Shown here in pieces: positions 1-7,880 of a DNA stretch of 40,740 bases. Where the stretch lies: the NCBI GenBank assembly GCA_014379065.1, contig JACMMM010000675.1, positions 1-40,740 of the forward strand, in the 5' to 3' direction. Both the position numbers and the translations under genes were made by a program. The notes beneath the pieces were generated by a model. The model was not told where the DNA came from. It did not search any database and saw only the letters and a list, made by a program, of their open reading frames with translations. Position 1 is the stretch's first letter, and every line of letters starts with the position of its first letter. The DNA is from Saprospiraceae bacterium. GTDB lineage: Bacteria; Bacteroidota; Bacteroidia; Chitinophagales; Saprospiraceae.

Positions 1-185
1 TACTTCTTCGTAATGGTGTCAACGAAGTCGTTGAATTTGCCTTCGAGGTCCCCAACATAATCTTTCCCTTTTTTGGAAATCTTATTCCTTGTGGAGGAAC
101 CTTTATCCGGGGCCAATAATACCCCTAAGGTAGCCCCAACAGCAACGCCAGCCAATAGGCCCAATAATGCTTTTCCAGTGCTCAT
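1..185 (-). CDS. YtxH domain-containing stress-type membrane protein (N-terminal part; gene continues past the left window edge)
   Basis: Reverse complement from the ATG (complement of 183-185) reads MSTGKALLGLLAGVAVGATLGVLLAPDKGSSTRNKISKKGKDYVGDLEGKFNDFVDTITKK. This is the Gly/Ala-rich N-terminal helix followed by APxKGxxTR that is typical of the YtxH family. The ORF is open to the window edge. Confidence 0.7.
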   Translation of the reverse strand, partial: MSTGKALLGLLAGVAVGATLGVLLAPDKGSSTRNKISKKGKDYVGDLEGKFNDFVDTITKK

Positions 186-281
186 GATTTTTATTTTTGA
201 ATGTGATTGTAATAATTTCAGTGTTCAAATTGACCCAAACTTGTTGTCAGTAATCTATTTGTACAACTGAATTGATTGTTT

Positions 282-467
282 TTAAATACGGATACTCGTC
301 AGTGAATCCAAAAGCCCAAAAGCTCGTAACAGCCATAATACAACAACGATAACGACCACCACATTGAGAATGTTTTTGATCTTGCGATCCATTGGTATGT
401 AGTTGTTTACGAGCCAAAGTAAGACACCGACTACAATTAGTACTAAAAGGACATTGAAAAGTGGCAT
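282..467 (-). CDS. Small two-TM membrane protein (resembles the Thivi_2564 family)
   Basis: 61-aa ORF MPLFNVLLVLIVVGVLLWLVNNYIPMDRKIKNILNVVVVIVVVLWLLRAFGLL with two hydrophobic helices. A TACCTTTG -7 box lies 24 nt upstream on the same strand. Confidence 0.6.
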   Translation of the reverse strand: MPLFNVLLVLIVVGVLLWLVNNYIPMDRKIKNILNVVVVIVVVLWLLRAFGLLDSLTSIRI

Positions 468-485
468 AACAAATATTTAATTGAT

Positions 486-556
486 GTTTACAAAGGTAGT
501 CGGCATTTTATTGCTTAAAATTACACAATTGCTAAAAAAAGTTACATAATTCACAC
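486..556 (-). promoter_or_regulatory. Operator copy A (521-556) plus -7 promoter box (complement of 491-498, TACCTTTG) for the 282-467 gene
   Basis: Plus strand 521-556 is TTACACAAT-tgctaaaaaaag-TTACATAAT-TCACAC. A conserved GTTTACAAAGGT box lies 23 nt away. The same arrangement is found at copies C and D. Confidence 0.5.
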
Positions 557-568
557 TTTAAATGTGTT

Positions 569-955
569 CTAAGGGTTTGGCTGAAAATAGTCTTTAACAA
601 AGGCGTGTTCTTGGTGCTCGGTCATTTTATCAGAGCTTTTAACGTCTATCTTGATTTTTGCAAAATGCTGGTCTGCTGATAGTAAGTTAAACAATTCGAC
701 TTTCGCATCTGTAGGCCCGAATAAGATGACCTCATCATATCCTTTGATCACTTCACCTAATTTTTTGTAATAATCCCCTTGTTGCTGTTGTTCCTTATTG
801 TGCATCAGGTTTTCACCTTTTCTCAAACTATGTTCCTTTTCCTGATGCGTAAATTTTGAGTCAAGGGTTTTTGTTTCGATCTGATTGTCTGAAAACTCCA
901 TTAAATGTGCACTGGAATGATCCATCCAGATACCTAGCCGCTTGATTGATTGCAT
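569..955 (-). CDS. Hypothetical protein, possibly a bacterial eRF1-like (baeRF / host-attachment-like) fold
   Basis: The ORF-track ORF is 569-1006. I prefer the internal ATG (MQSIKRLGIWMDHSSAHLMEF...) because it sits 1 nt after the upstream stop at 957-959. The GIWMDH..AHL start and the EVILFGPTDAKVELFNLL segment recall the eRF1 central domain. This is a weak, memory-based call. Confidence 0.45.
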   Translation of the reverse strand: MQSIKRLGIWMDHSSAHLMEFSDNQIETKTLDSKFTHQEKEHSLRKGENLMHNKEQQQQGDYYKKLGEVIKGYDEVILFGPTDAKVELFNLLSADQHFAKIKIDVKSSDKMTEHQEHAFVKDYFQPNP

Positions 956-956
956 T

Positions 957-1283
957 TTATTGTTGTTGATGATTGAAGTTAATGGCTTTGCGCTCTCTTG
1001 AGTCATGAATATTCAATATTTTTAACGATGTGATACAGGTATGATATAAAAGGCTTTTGGACAATGAGTTTTGGGTCTCCAGTAAATTTACGTTTGTCTT
1101 AAATTGAGAAAACATCATATTTAATATTTCATGAGATCGCTTTTCGTCGTTGATAACCCAAAGTATTGCAATATACAAGGTTGGTGCAAATTTGTCATGC
1201 AAATATTCCCATCCCAGAGAATCATTTTTCTGAATCAAGTAAATAATGTCGGTGTCAGTAATTGAGTTTTGAAAGTTAGCCAT
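957..1283 (-). CDS. Small sigma-70 region-2-like protein (no region 4)
   Basis: 108 aa. DTDIIYLIQKNDSLGWEYLHDKFAPTLYIAILWVINDEKRSHEILNMMFSQFKTN aligns with the usual ECF pattern (ELI..I..GD..A...LY.KY...LY...L.I..D...AEDILQ..F.K.W.N). The protein ends before any region-4 HTH. It is tightly coupled to the 569-955 ORF. Confidence 0.5.
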   Translation of the reverse strand: MANFQNSITDTDIIYLIQKNDSLGWEYLHDKFAPTLYIAILWVINDEKRSHEILNMMFSQFKTNVNLLETQNSLSKSLLYHTCITSLKILNIHDSRERKAINFNHQQQ

Positions 1284-1368
1284 TTTATTTTAGGTTCTAG
1301 TGCAGAAGCAGGGTTGCTTCAACTGAATTATTGCCTTGCAATTGTGTGCATCCTTCACAGGGTAAGCG

Positions 1369-1404
1369 TTACACAATTTTTGTGAATAGTTACAATATTC
1401 ACAC
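1369..1404 (-). promoter_or_regulatory. Operator copy B, upstream of the 957-1283 gene
   Basis: TTACACAAT-ttttgtgaatag-TTACAATAT-TCACAC. It has the same 36-nt length and register as copy A. No clean TAnnTTTG box is seen next to it. Confidence 0.4.
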
Positions 1405-1514
1405 CTTTCAGTTAGTCTAGTCGCTAAACACAAAAACCCGTCTCAAAAAAGAAACAGGCCTTGTGTAATAAAGCGTGATGAGGGTTTGGGCTGAGGTTAA
1501 AGAATCTGTGGGGT

Positions 1515-1586
1515 GTTTACAAAGGTCGGCGCTTAATCCGTGTATAATCATTACACAATTGTTGGAAATAGTTACATCATTCACAC
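1515..1586 (-). promoter_or_regulatory. Operator copy C (1551-1586) plus GTTTACAAAGGT box (1515-1526)
   Basis: TTACACAAT-tgttggaaatag-TTACATCAT-TCACAC, with a 24-nt gap to the GTTTACAAAGGT box, as in copy A. No ORF follows it directly on the minus strand. Its TCACACC end pairs with copy D as an inverted repeat. Confidence 0.4.
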
Positions 1587-1609
1587 CTGTAGTCTGGGTT
1601 TGATTGAAG

Positions 1610-1677
1610 GTGTGAATAATGTAACTTTATGATAAAATTTTGTAACACTTTCGGGAAAACGCGCCTGCACCTTTGTA
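1610..1677 (+). promoter_or_regulatory. Operator copy D (1610-1645, inverted orientation) plus CACCTTTG -7-like box (1668-1675) for the 1715-1870 gene
   Basis: The reverse complement of 1610-1645 is TTACAAAAT-tttatcataaag-TTACATTAT-TCACAC. It lies 23 nt from ACCTTTGTA, and the ATG is 40 nt further on. Confidence 0.45.
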
Positions 1678-1714
1678 CTGTTCAAAATTTAAAAACAATT
1701 AAACAATCACAATC

Positions 1715-1870
1715 ATGGGGAATTTACTTTATATCATTGCCGTAATCTTAATAATAGGTTGGGCCGTTGGATTCGTTGGTTTTAATGCAGGAGGTCTTAT
1801 TCACATATTATTGGTGATTGCAGTCATCGTGATATTACTGCGGGTTATAAGCGGGAGAAACGCAGTGTGA
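1715..1870 (+). CDS. lmo0937-family small membrane protein
   Basis: This 51-aa ORF is too short for the ORF track: MGNLLYIIAVILIIGWAVGFVGFNAGGLIHILLVIAVIVILLRVISGRNAV. The GGLIHxLLVIAVI...GR core is the family signature as I remember it. Confidence 0.6.
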   Translation: MGNLLYIIAVILIIGWAVGFVGFNAGGLIHILLVIAVIVILLRVISGRNAV

Positions 1871-1912
1871 CAGCTCGACCCGACCATCTATTGGCTTCAA
1901 CCTTATTTCGCT

Positions 1913-2530
1913 ATGAAAAGCAAAACATGTTACCTCGTTTTAGCAGCTCTTTGCTTCGCTATACTGGTTCTTGTTGCAGACGAAACGAGCGCACAGGCTG
2001 TAAAAGGCGAATCCTACAGAGCAGAGACTCCTTTCGGGGGCGATGTAAAATCCGTTTCTGCGCGGATTGCCGCTATGTATAGTGCCGATGCACCTACTGT
2101 TGAACGATTTGTGCAAGCCGCCATCAATCTTGAAGGTCGTATGGGCATCGCTGCGCCCGTGGTTATTGCCATTGCGATACACGAATCCAGTTTCAACAGC
2201 GAACTTTTTAAAAATGCAGGTAATCCCTTTGGTATCCAAGCGAGCAAACCTTGGGTTGGGCCAAGCTTCACAAAATTGGATAATGGTCAGCAGACTAAAT
2301 TTAGAAAGTACAGTTCTGCGGAAGAAGCAGTTTTGGACTTTGGCAATTTCGTCAAAAACCGCACTTGGTATGCTGATGTATTTACCTGTCCTGTGGACGA
2401 TTCTCGCTGTGTGGTAGACGGATTGAAGAAAACAGATTTGGAACTTGGGTATAGCATGAACCCCAATTGGGACGAGTCTGTCATGCAAATTATTCAAAAA
2501 GTGAGGCTTCAGGAGTTAGCCACTCGTTGA
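1913..2530 (+). CDS. Secreted glucosaminidase-domain protein (GH73 / FlgJ-like muramidase)
   Basis: Signal peptide MKSKTCYLVLAALCFAILVLVA. The segment AIAIHESSFNSELFKNAGNPFGIQ matches the GH73 catalytic Glu region, and the later YSS..EAV.DF and Y motifs fit the family. Confidence 0.75.
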   Translation: MKSKTCYLVLAALCFAILVLVADETSAQAVKGESYRAETPFGGDVKSVSARIAAMYSADAPTVERFVQAAINLEGRMGIAAPVVIAIAIHESSFNSELFKNAGNPFGIQASKPWVGPSFTKLDNGQQTKFRKYSSAEEAVLDFGNFVKNRTWYADVFTCPVDDSRCVVDGLKKTDLELGYSMNPNWDESVMQIIQKVRLQELATR

Positions 2531-2560
2531 ACATCCTGTTTGGCCGCCACCATTCGCAAA

Positions 2561-2592
2561 AAAGCCGCTCCGTGACCCGGGGCGGCTTTTTT
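2561..2592. terminator. Rho-independent-type hairpin between convergent genes
   Basis: The stem AAAGCCGC(tccgtgacccgg)GGCGGCTTTTTT has an A-run on one side and a T-run on the other, so it could work in both directions. Confidence 0.6.
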
Positions 2593-2634
2593 ATTGCTAT
2601 TTTCTGCTTAAATTGTTCGGGTTATTCTGAAAGC

Positions 2635-3195
2635 TTATACCTCATCAAGCCCGCCAAGGCGTTTTTGCTTCAGCTTTTTGAAGTGAGAAGGAGTAAGTCC
2701 TGTCACCTTTTTGAACTGGGTGGACAAATGCGCCACACTACTATAATTCAACAGGTAGGAGATCTCCGTAAGATTGAGTTCGTCATAAACGATCAATTCC
2801 TTGACGCGCTCGATCTTGTGCGCAATGATATAATGCTCTATGGTAGTGCCCACCACCTCCGAAAACAGGTTAGAAAGATAGGTGTAGTCGTGCTGTAGTT
2901 TTTCGGCGAGGAAAATAGAAAAGTTGACTTTGGGCGGTGCTTCACTGTAATGCACCATTTCGACAATCACGTTTTTTATTTTTTCAATCAGGATGGCTTT
3001 TTTGTCATCCATGAGCTCCAGCCCTGATTTTTGTAGCCCAAATTTTAGTTGTTCCCGTTGTGACTTCGAGAGATCCTCCAAGATTTCTATTTCACCCAAA
3101 TCCACAATCACATAGTGAAGCCCAAGTTTTTTCAACTCCTCCTTCACTACCATCTTGCAGCGAATGCTCACCATGAATTTGACATACAATTTCAT
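2635..3195 (-). CDS. AraC-family transcriptional regulator
   Basis: The C-terminal segment LAEKLQHDYTYLSNLFSEVVGTTIEHYIIAHKIERVKELIVYDELNLTEISYLLNYSSVAHLSTQFKKVTGLTPSHFK is a typical double HTH_AraC. Confidence 0.85.
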   Translation of the reverse strand: MKLYVKFMVSIRCKMVVKEELKKLGLHYVIVDLGEIEILEDLSKSQREQLKFGLQKSGLELMDDKKAILIEKIKNVIVEMVHYSEAPPKVNFSIFLAEKLQHDYTYLSNLFSEVVGTTIEHYIIAHKIERVKELIVYDELNLTEISYLLNYSSVAHLSTQFKKVTGLTPSHFKKLKQKRLGGLDEV

Positions 3196-3310
3196 CTCAT
3201 AGTTGGGACTTTAACATTCAAAGGTAAGAAAAATTAATGCGACTCTTTAATAATTACTCTAGCCGCGCTTACCTTAGTATGAGATTTGCAATTTTTTGCA
3301 ACAAGAACTG

Positions 3311-4231
3311 ATGACCGAAGTGCTCCCTTCTGCTGCTGAATGCCCGACTAAAAGTGCTGTGATCCAAGCACTCGCTTACTTCGAGGTTTTTTCCTACCCG
3401 CTCACGCCGGAAGAGATTTTTGCTTTTTGCGCCGAACCACGTTCAACACGGGAGGAAGTTTTTGACAGATTGCAAAGCCTTGTGGAACAAGGCAGTGCGT
3501 TCCAATTTGGTGGATTCTTCCAATTAAAAAAGGAGGCTTCGTGGGGGGGAAACCGCCGCGACTGCAACTGTCGCGCGGATAAATTTTTGCCCATTGCACG
3601 GCGCGTGGCGCGCTTCATTGGCTGTTTTCCATTTGTGCGCGGCGTGTTCGTGTCGGGTTCGCTCTCGAAGCATTGTATGAGGCCCGACAGTGACATTGAT
3701 TTTTTTGTGGTTACGGCGCCGGGCCGCTTGTGGCTCGCCCGAACCTTGCTGGTTCTTTTCAAAAAAATTTTCCTCCTAAATTCCCACAAATACTTCTGCG
3801 TCAACTACTTTGTGGATACGGAGCATCTGGAAATCGAAGAAAAGAATCGGTTCACCGCCACGGAATCCGTCACGTTATTGCCAATGTGGGGGCGTGAAAT
3901 TTACCTGGATTTTTGCCGAGCCAACGTTTGGGCATGGCAACGCTACCCGCATTTTGCCCAACGCCCAACAGTGGGAATTCCGGCCTATTCAAGAGGTTTT
4001 TTCAAAAAATTGTTGGAAAAAATGCTGACTGGAAAACTCGGTGACTGGCTCGACCGAAAAGCGATGCGACTTACCGTGTCCTTTTGGAAACGTAAATTCC
4101 AGGCAATGGACTCCGAGACGTTCGATCTTGCACTCAAATCGCGCCGGGGCGTGTCGAAACATCACCCGCTTCATTTTCAGCAAAAAGTGTTGGAGCGGTT
4201 TGAGGAGAATTTGCGCCGTTTAGGTCATTAG
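3311..4231 (+). CDS. Pol-beta-superfamily nucleotidyltransferase-domain protein
   Basis: VFVSGSLSKHCMRPDSDIDFFVV carries the GS-x(9-10)-DxD NTase motif. I chose the ATG at 3311 over the TTG at 3296 used by the ORF track. Confidence 0.65.
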   Translation: MTEVLPSAAECPTKSAVIQALAYFEVFSYPLTPEEIFAFCAEPRSTREEVFDRLQSLVEQGSAFQFGGFFQLKKEASWGGNRRDCNCRADKFLPIARRVARFIGCFPFVRGVFVSGSLSKHCMRPDSDIDFFVVTAPGRLWLARTLLVLFKKIFLLNSHKYFCVNYFVDTEHLEIEEKNRFTATESVTLLPMWGREIYLDFCRANVWAWQRYPHFAQRPTVGIPAYSRGFFKKLLEKMLTGKLGDWLDRKAMRLTVSFWKRKFQAMDSETFDLALKSRRGVSKHHPLHFQQKVLERFEENLRRLGH

Positions 4232-4304
4232 GTCATTTGTCGTCATTGGGGTCATTGCGTCATTTTCAATAGCGATAAATGACCCCAATGACGACAAATG
4301 ACCT
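4230..4304. repeat. Perfect 27-bp-stem palindrome built from GTCATT words (bidirectional terminator candidate)
   Basis: AGGTCATTTGTCGTCATTGGGGTCATT (4230-4256) is the exact reverse complement of 4278-4304, with a 21-nt loop. The left arm starts inside the last codons and stop of the NTase gene. The palindrome sits between convergent genes. Confidence 0.85.
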
Positions 4305-4320
4305 AAATGACGAATATCGT

Positions 4321-6819
4321 TCAACGCGCTCCCGTTTTTCTACTTCGGTCGTCAAACCCTTCCAATGGATATTGTTTTTCAAAAGCCTCCTCGCCAAGCA
4401 TCTCGCGCTGATAACTGATGAAGCGCAGGAAATTATCTGTAAAAACTTCAAAGTCATCCACTCGTTCCAGAGAACTTTCTGGATTTTGAAACTCCTCCAT
4501 ATTGATTTGGTCTTTCTCTCCAGCATCGGAAAGGAACAACTTGAACAATCGCGCTACCGCTCCACCAGCCGCTGCCGTCAACACTTTTCCTGATAACGAA
4601 ACAGGGGCGAGGGTCAATTCCACCACTTTTTTCACAGCTGCACTGTTGGCCTCGCTGGCAATTCCAGAATCTTGCGATGTGTTCACATAAGAGATGTAGA
4701 AGTAAAGAAGGTAAACGTCTTCGATGCTCAGACTGCCGCGCAGGTGGCAATATTCCACGAGCAAAAGTTTGGAGTTAGCATCTAATCGGCGACTGTCGCG
4801 AATGAGCGTTGCCACTTCTCGTGCCGCATGAGGCCAAGCCTCGCTTTTGGATTTAAAATCTTCAAAACCAAGGTATTGTGTGCCTTCCCACAAGTCGTGT
4901 TTCAGTTTTTGAGCGAAAGCGGTTTCCAAATGTTCGAGTGAATGGACGCCGCTACCGGACTGCACATTAGCCTTGAATTTTTCGAGCAGAGATTTGTTTA
5001 TTTCCGCCAAACGCTCCCGACGCAATAGCCAAGCCAGTTCCTTTTCGTCGTCTGGCTTCCAATAAAAGGCGTCCCACATTTCGTGATGCTCGAAAGACTC
5101 AGCAGGGTCGCGCACCTCAGCGATGGCTTGTGCGATTTCTCGGTAGTGCGCGTAGTGTAAAATGGGTGCGAGAAAATCTTCGCCTGGTTTTTCCAAGCGA
5201 AAAGGCCGCGTCGGGAAACCCTGCAAAAAGCCTTCGCCGGGTGTTAGATCTGCTTCTCGCTCGCGAATTTCAGCGATTTTGGCTTCCATATTATCTTCGT
5301 CTGCACTCATCATCGGCAAGGTCAGCAACTGCATATAGGCTGCGGGTAGGTAGTCGTCGGCCAGTTCAAAATACTCGTGGGCTTCTATTATTTGGTCATT
5401 TGCCCAGAGAATTTGCCCGGCGTAGTAGAGTTCGCGGAGAGCGTTGTTTTCGATAAGTTCTTCGCGGGTTTCTTCGATTTGCTCGATGGCATCTTCCAAA
5501 ATGACCGCATACTCCTGCCGGAATAACTTGGCCGATTCGATATAGTAGTACAAGCCCAGCAGGTTGAGCGGAACACCCTTCGCTTTTTCATCGCCCAGCA
5601 CTTCATCATAAATTCGGTAGGCTTCAATGCAGTCACCCATGTAGTGGTTCACAAGGGCAAGGGCATGGTAGTGGGCGAGGGGTTCGTGCTTTTCGCTGCC
5701 TGAGAGATTGCGCCATTCTTCCCAGCGTTTCCAAAGGCGGCATTGTTGGTAGGTGGTGTCTACGATGGGGTCGAGAGTGTTGAATTGATCGAAATCGTCG
5801 GTGAATTTTTCGAGGGTGCGGTGGAGGAGGTAAGGGGCGGGATTTTCGTGGTAGAAGTTGAAAATCGGCACAGGATTTTGAAAAAAGGATATTCGGTTAG
5901 CAAGATAGATAAAACGATTGACATCTAACTGCGATTGATAATAGTCCATGAGTAATCGATATGAAATACCACGAATTAAGTATGCCTCTTCATAGTTTGG
6001 GTCAATTTGAATTGCTTTTTCGCAGTCAGAAATCGCTGAATGGTAATCAGTTAAATTATAACGAGCAGCACTGCGATTGGCGTAAGCCATTGCAAGATTG
6101 GGGGCAATATTTAATGCATGACCATAATCAACTATCGCTGTATGATAACTTCCAAGGCTGGCTTTAGCAAGACCACGATTGTTAAACGCTAAGGCATTTG
6201 TTGAGCAAAATTCAATGGCACTGTCATAGTCTCTAATAGAAGCCTCTGTTTCTCCTGATTTATATTTGGCGAGGCCGCGATTGTTGTACGCATCAGAAAA
6301 TTTGGGGTCAATCTCTATTGCACGGTCATAGTCTTCGATAGCAAATGTTTTATAGCCTAAGCTATATTTTGCTTGGCCGCGATTACTATAGGATATCGCA
6401 TCTTTTGGGTCAAGATGGATGGCGTAGTCATAATCGGCAATTGCTGTTATATAATGCCCCAGGCGATATTTAACGAGGGCTCGGCATCCATATGCTTTTC
6501 CATAATTCGGATCAACCTTAATTGCTTGGTCATAGTCGGCTATGGATTCCTCATTGTTCGCCAATTCTAAATTAGCAATCCCACGACCAACATAAGCCGC
6601 TACGTACTTTGGGTCAAGATCAATTGCTTGATCAAAGTCATCAATGGCGCCTTCGTAATCTCCTAACCCTGATTTAGCTAGGCCGCGACCTATATATATG
6701 TTTACATAGGTTGGATCAACCTCAAAAGATTGTCCAAAAGCCTTGATTGCTTCTTCGTATTGGCCTTTTTCGTGTTTTTCATTGCCGATTCGAAACCATT
6801 CTTCTGCCGTATGTGCCAT
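4321..6819 (-). CDS. TPR-repeat protein with a ~530-aa C-terminal region of unknown function
   Basis: The N-terminal ~300 aa hold about 8 consecutive 34-aa units of the form Y.NRG.AK..LG.Y..AI.DYD.AI..DP. The remainder has no signature I recognise. Confidence 0.8.
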   Translation of the reverse strand: MAHTAEEWFRIGNEKHEKGQYEEAIKAFGQSFEVDPTYVNIYIGRGLAKSGLGDYEGAIDDFDQAIDLDPKYVAAYVGRGIANLELANNEESIADYDQAIKVDPNYGKAYGCRALVKYRLGHYITAIADYDYAIHLDPKDAISYSNRGQAKYSLGYKTFAIEDYDRAIEIDPKFSDAYNNRGLAKYKSGETEASIRDYDSAIEFCSTNALAFNNRGLAKASLGSYHTAIVDYGHALNIAPNLAMAYANRSAARYNLTDYHSAISDCEKAIQIDPNYEEAYLIRGISYRLLMDYYQSQLDVNRFIYLANRISFFQNPVPIFNFYHENPAPYLLHRTLEKFTDDFDQFNTLDPIVDTTYQQCRLWKRWEEWRNLSGSEKHEPLAHYHALALVNHYMGDCIEAYRIYDEVLGDEKAKGVPLNLLGLYYYIESAKLFRQEYAVILEDAIEQIEETREELIENNALRELYYAGQILWANDQIIEAHEYFELADDYLPAAYMQLLTLPMMSADEDNMEAKIAEIREREADLTPGEGFLQGFPTRPFRLEKPGEDFLAPILHYAHYREIAQAIAEVRDPAESFEHHEMWDAFYWKPDDEKELAWLLRRERLAEINKSLLEKFKANVQSGSGVHSLEHLETAFAQKLKHDLWEGTQYLGFEDFKSKSEAWPHAAREVATLIRDSRRLDANSKLLLVEYCHLRGSLSIEDVYLLYFYISYVNTSQDSGIASEANSAAVKKVVELTLAPVSLSGKVLTAAAGGAVARLFKLFLSDAGEKDQINMEEFQNPESSLERVDDFEVFTDNFLRFISYQREMLGEEAFEKQYPLEGFDDRSRKTGAR

Positions 6820-6861
6820 AAGGTATTGATAATGAGGGTAAAAATATGGTAGTATAAATTT

Positions 6862-7315
6862 CGGTGCTACGCACCTTGTGTCGTGTTCTTTGGGGGATTT
6901 CTACCGACGTTTTGGCTGCTCTGCAGCGTGGCCTTGGCTTGGCTTTCCCATTGCCGCAGAGCGGCTTAACGTCGGTAGAATTGCGATTTTCGGTTTGATC
7001 AGAAGGTGCGTAGCACCGGAACTCAGTCGCGCAATGTCCCGGTGCTACGCACCTTTCCACACCTTCCCACTATTTTTCTACCGACGTTTGGCTGCTACGC
7101 AGCAAGCGCCAATACCAAGCGGTAACGTTGCTGCATAGCAGCCAAAACGTCGGTAGAAATCGTCATTGCGAATTGTTTAGGAGGTGCGTAGCACCGGAAC
7201 CCGGCGGCGCTATGTTGCGGTGCTACGCACCTTGTCACCTACCTATGCTATATTTCTACCGACGTTTGGCTGCTACGCAGCGACGCCATGGCTTGGCATT
7301 GCGCCCTGTTGCGAA
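6862..7315. repeat. REP/REPIN-like cluster left of the RAYT gene (two full ~155-bp nested-hairpin units at 6862-7018 and 7040-7196, plus a half unit from 7218)
   Basis: Outer inverted repeat is GGTGCTACGCACCT / AGGTGCGTAGCACC. Inner inverted repeat is TTCTACCGACGTT(T)TGGCTGC / ..AACGTCGGTAGAA. In unit 2 the inner stem is about 30 bp and nearly perfect. Confidence 0.85.
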
Positions 7316-7326
7316 ACAAACAATCA

Positions 7327-7806
7327 TTATTCCCATTCCACCACATCTTCCCAAAAATCGAACAAATACTTTTCCTCAAACTCAATCTCTGCTTTTCTCA
7401 GCATTTCGAGATACTCCTCGCGGAATGATTTTTTGCGGTGATGCTCGTCTTGCCTTTCAATATATGTCGCTACGGCTGGCACTTGCGAACGGCTGTACGA
7501 AAACGCTCCATACCCAATCTGCCACGCAAATTTAAATGGCGACAATTTGTTGTCATTAATAAACTCATTGGAAGACGTTTTTATCTCTTCCACCAATTTT
7601 GGCAAAGGTTGAGAAGGTCGGTAGCCGATCAAGATATGAATATGATCGGGCCGGGAATTGATTTGCAGCATTTTATGTCCGTGGTTTTGGACAATCCCTG
7701 TGATATAAGCGTGCAAGCGTTCTCGCCATGATTTTTGAATCAGGGCCTGACGATGTTTTACAGCAAAAACTAATTGGAAATGAATTTGAGTGTAGGTGTT
7801 AGCCAT
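7327..7806 (-). CDS. REP-associated tyrosine transposase (RAYT; IS200/IS605 Y1 TnpA-like)
   Basis: 159 aa. HUH motif in RPDHIHILIGY and catalytic Tyr region VATYIERQDEHH. REP-like hairpin clusters flank it on both sides. Confidence 0.85.
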   Translation of the reverse strand: MANTYTQIHFQLVFAVKHRQALIQKSWRERLHAYITGIVQNHGHKMLQINSRPDHIHILIGYRPSQPLPKLVEEIKTSSNEFINDNKLSPFKFAWQIGYGAFSYSRSQVPAVATYIERQDEHHRKKSFREEYLEMLRKAEIEFEEKYLFDFWEDVVEWE

Positions 7807-7880
7807 TTGGCAGGATTTTGAAATGAATTGAACAAAAATAGGCCAAATCCTTTAAATAAACAACTCGCCGTGGCTAGGTT

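Noticed and set aside
186-281. A fifth copy of the TTACAnnAT-N12-TTACAnnAT operator upstream of the YtxH gene.
   Set aside because: Only a partial GTGATTGTAA-like fragment is present, in the wrong orientation and without the second half-site or a matching ACCTTTG box. This is not enough to call.
4266-4593. Small ORFs 4266-4526 (minus) and 4279-4593 (plus).
   Set aside because: They begin inside the GTCATT palindrome and overlap the 3' end of the 832-aa TPR gene. They have no motifs or independent start context.
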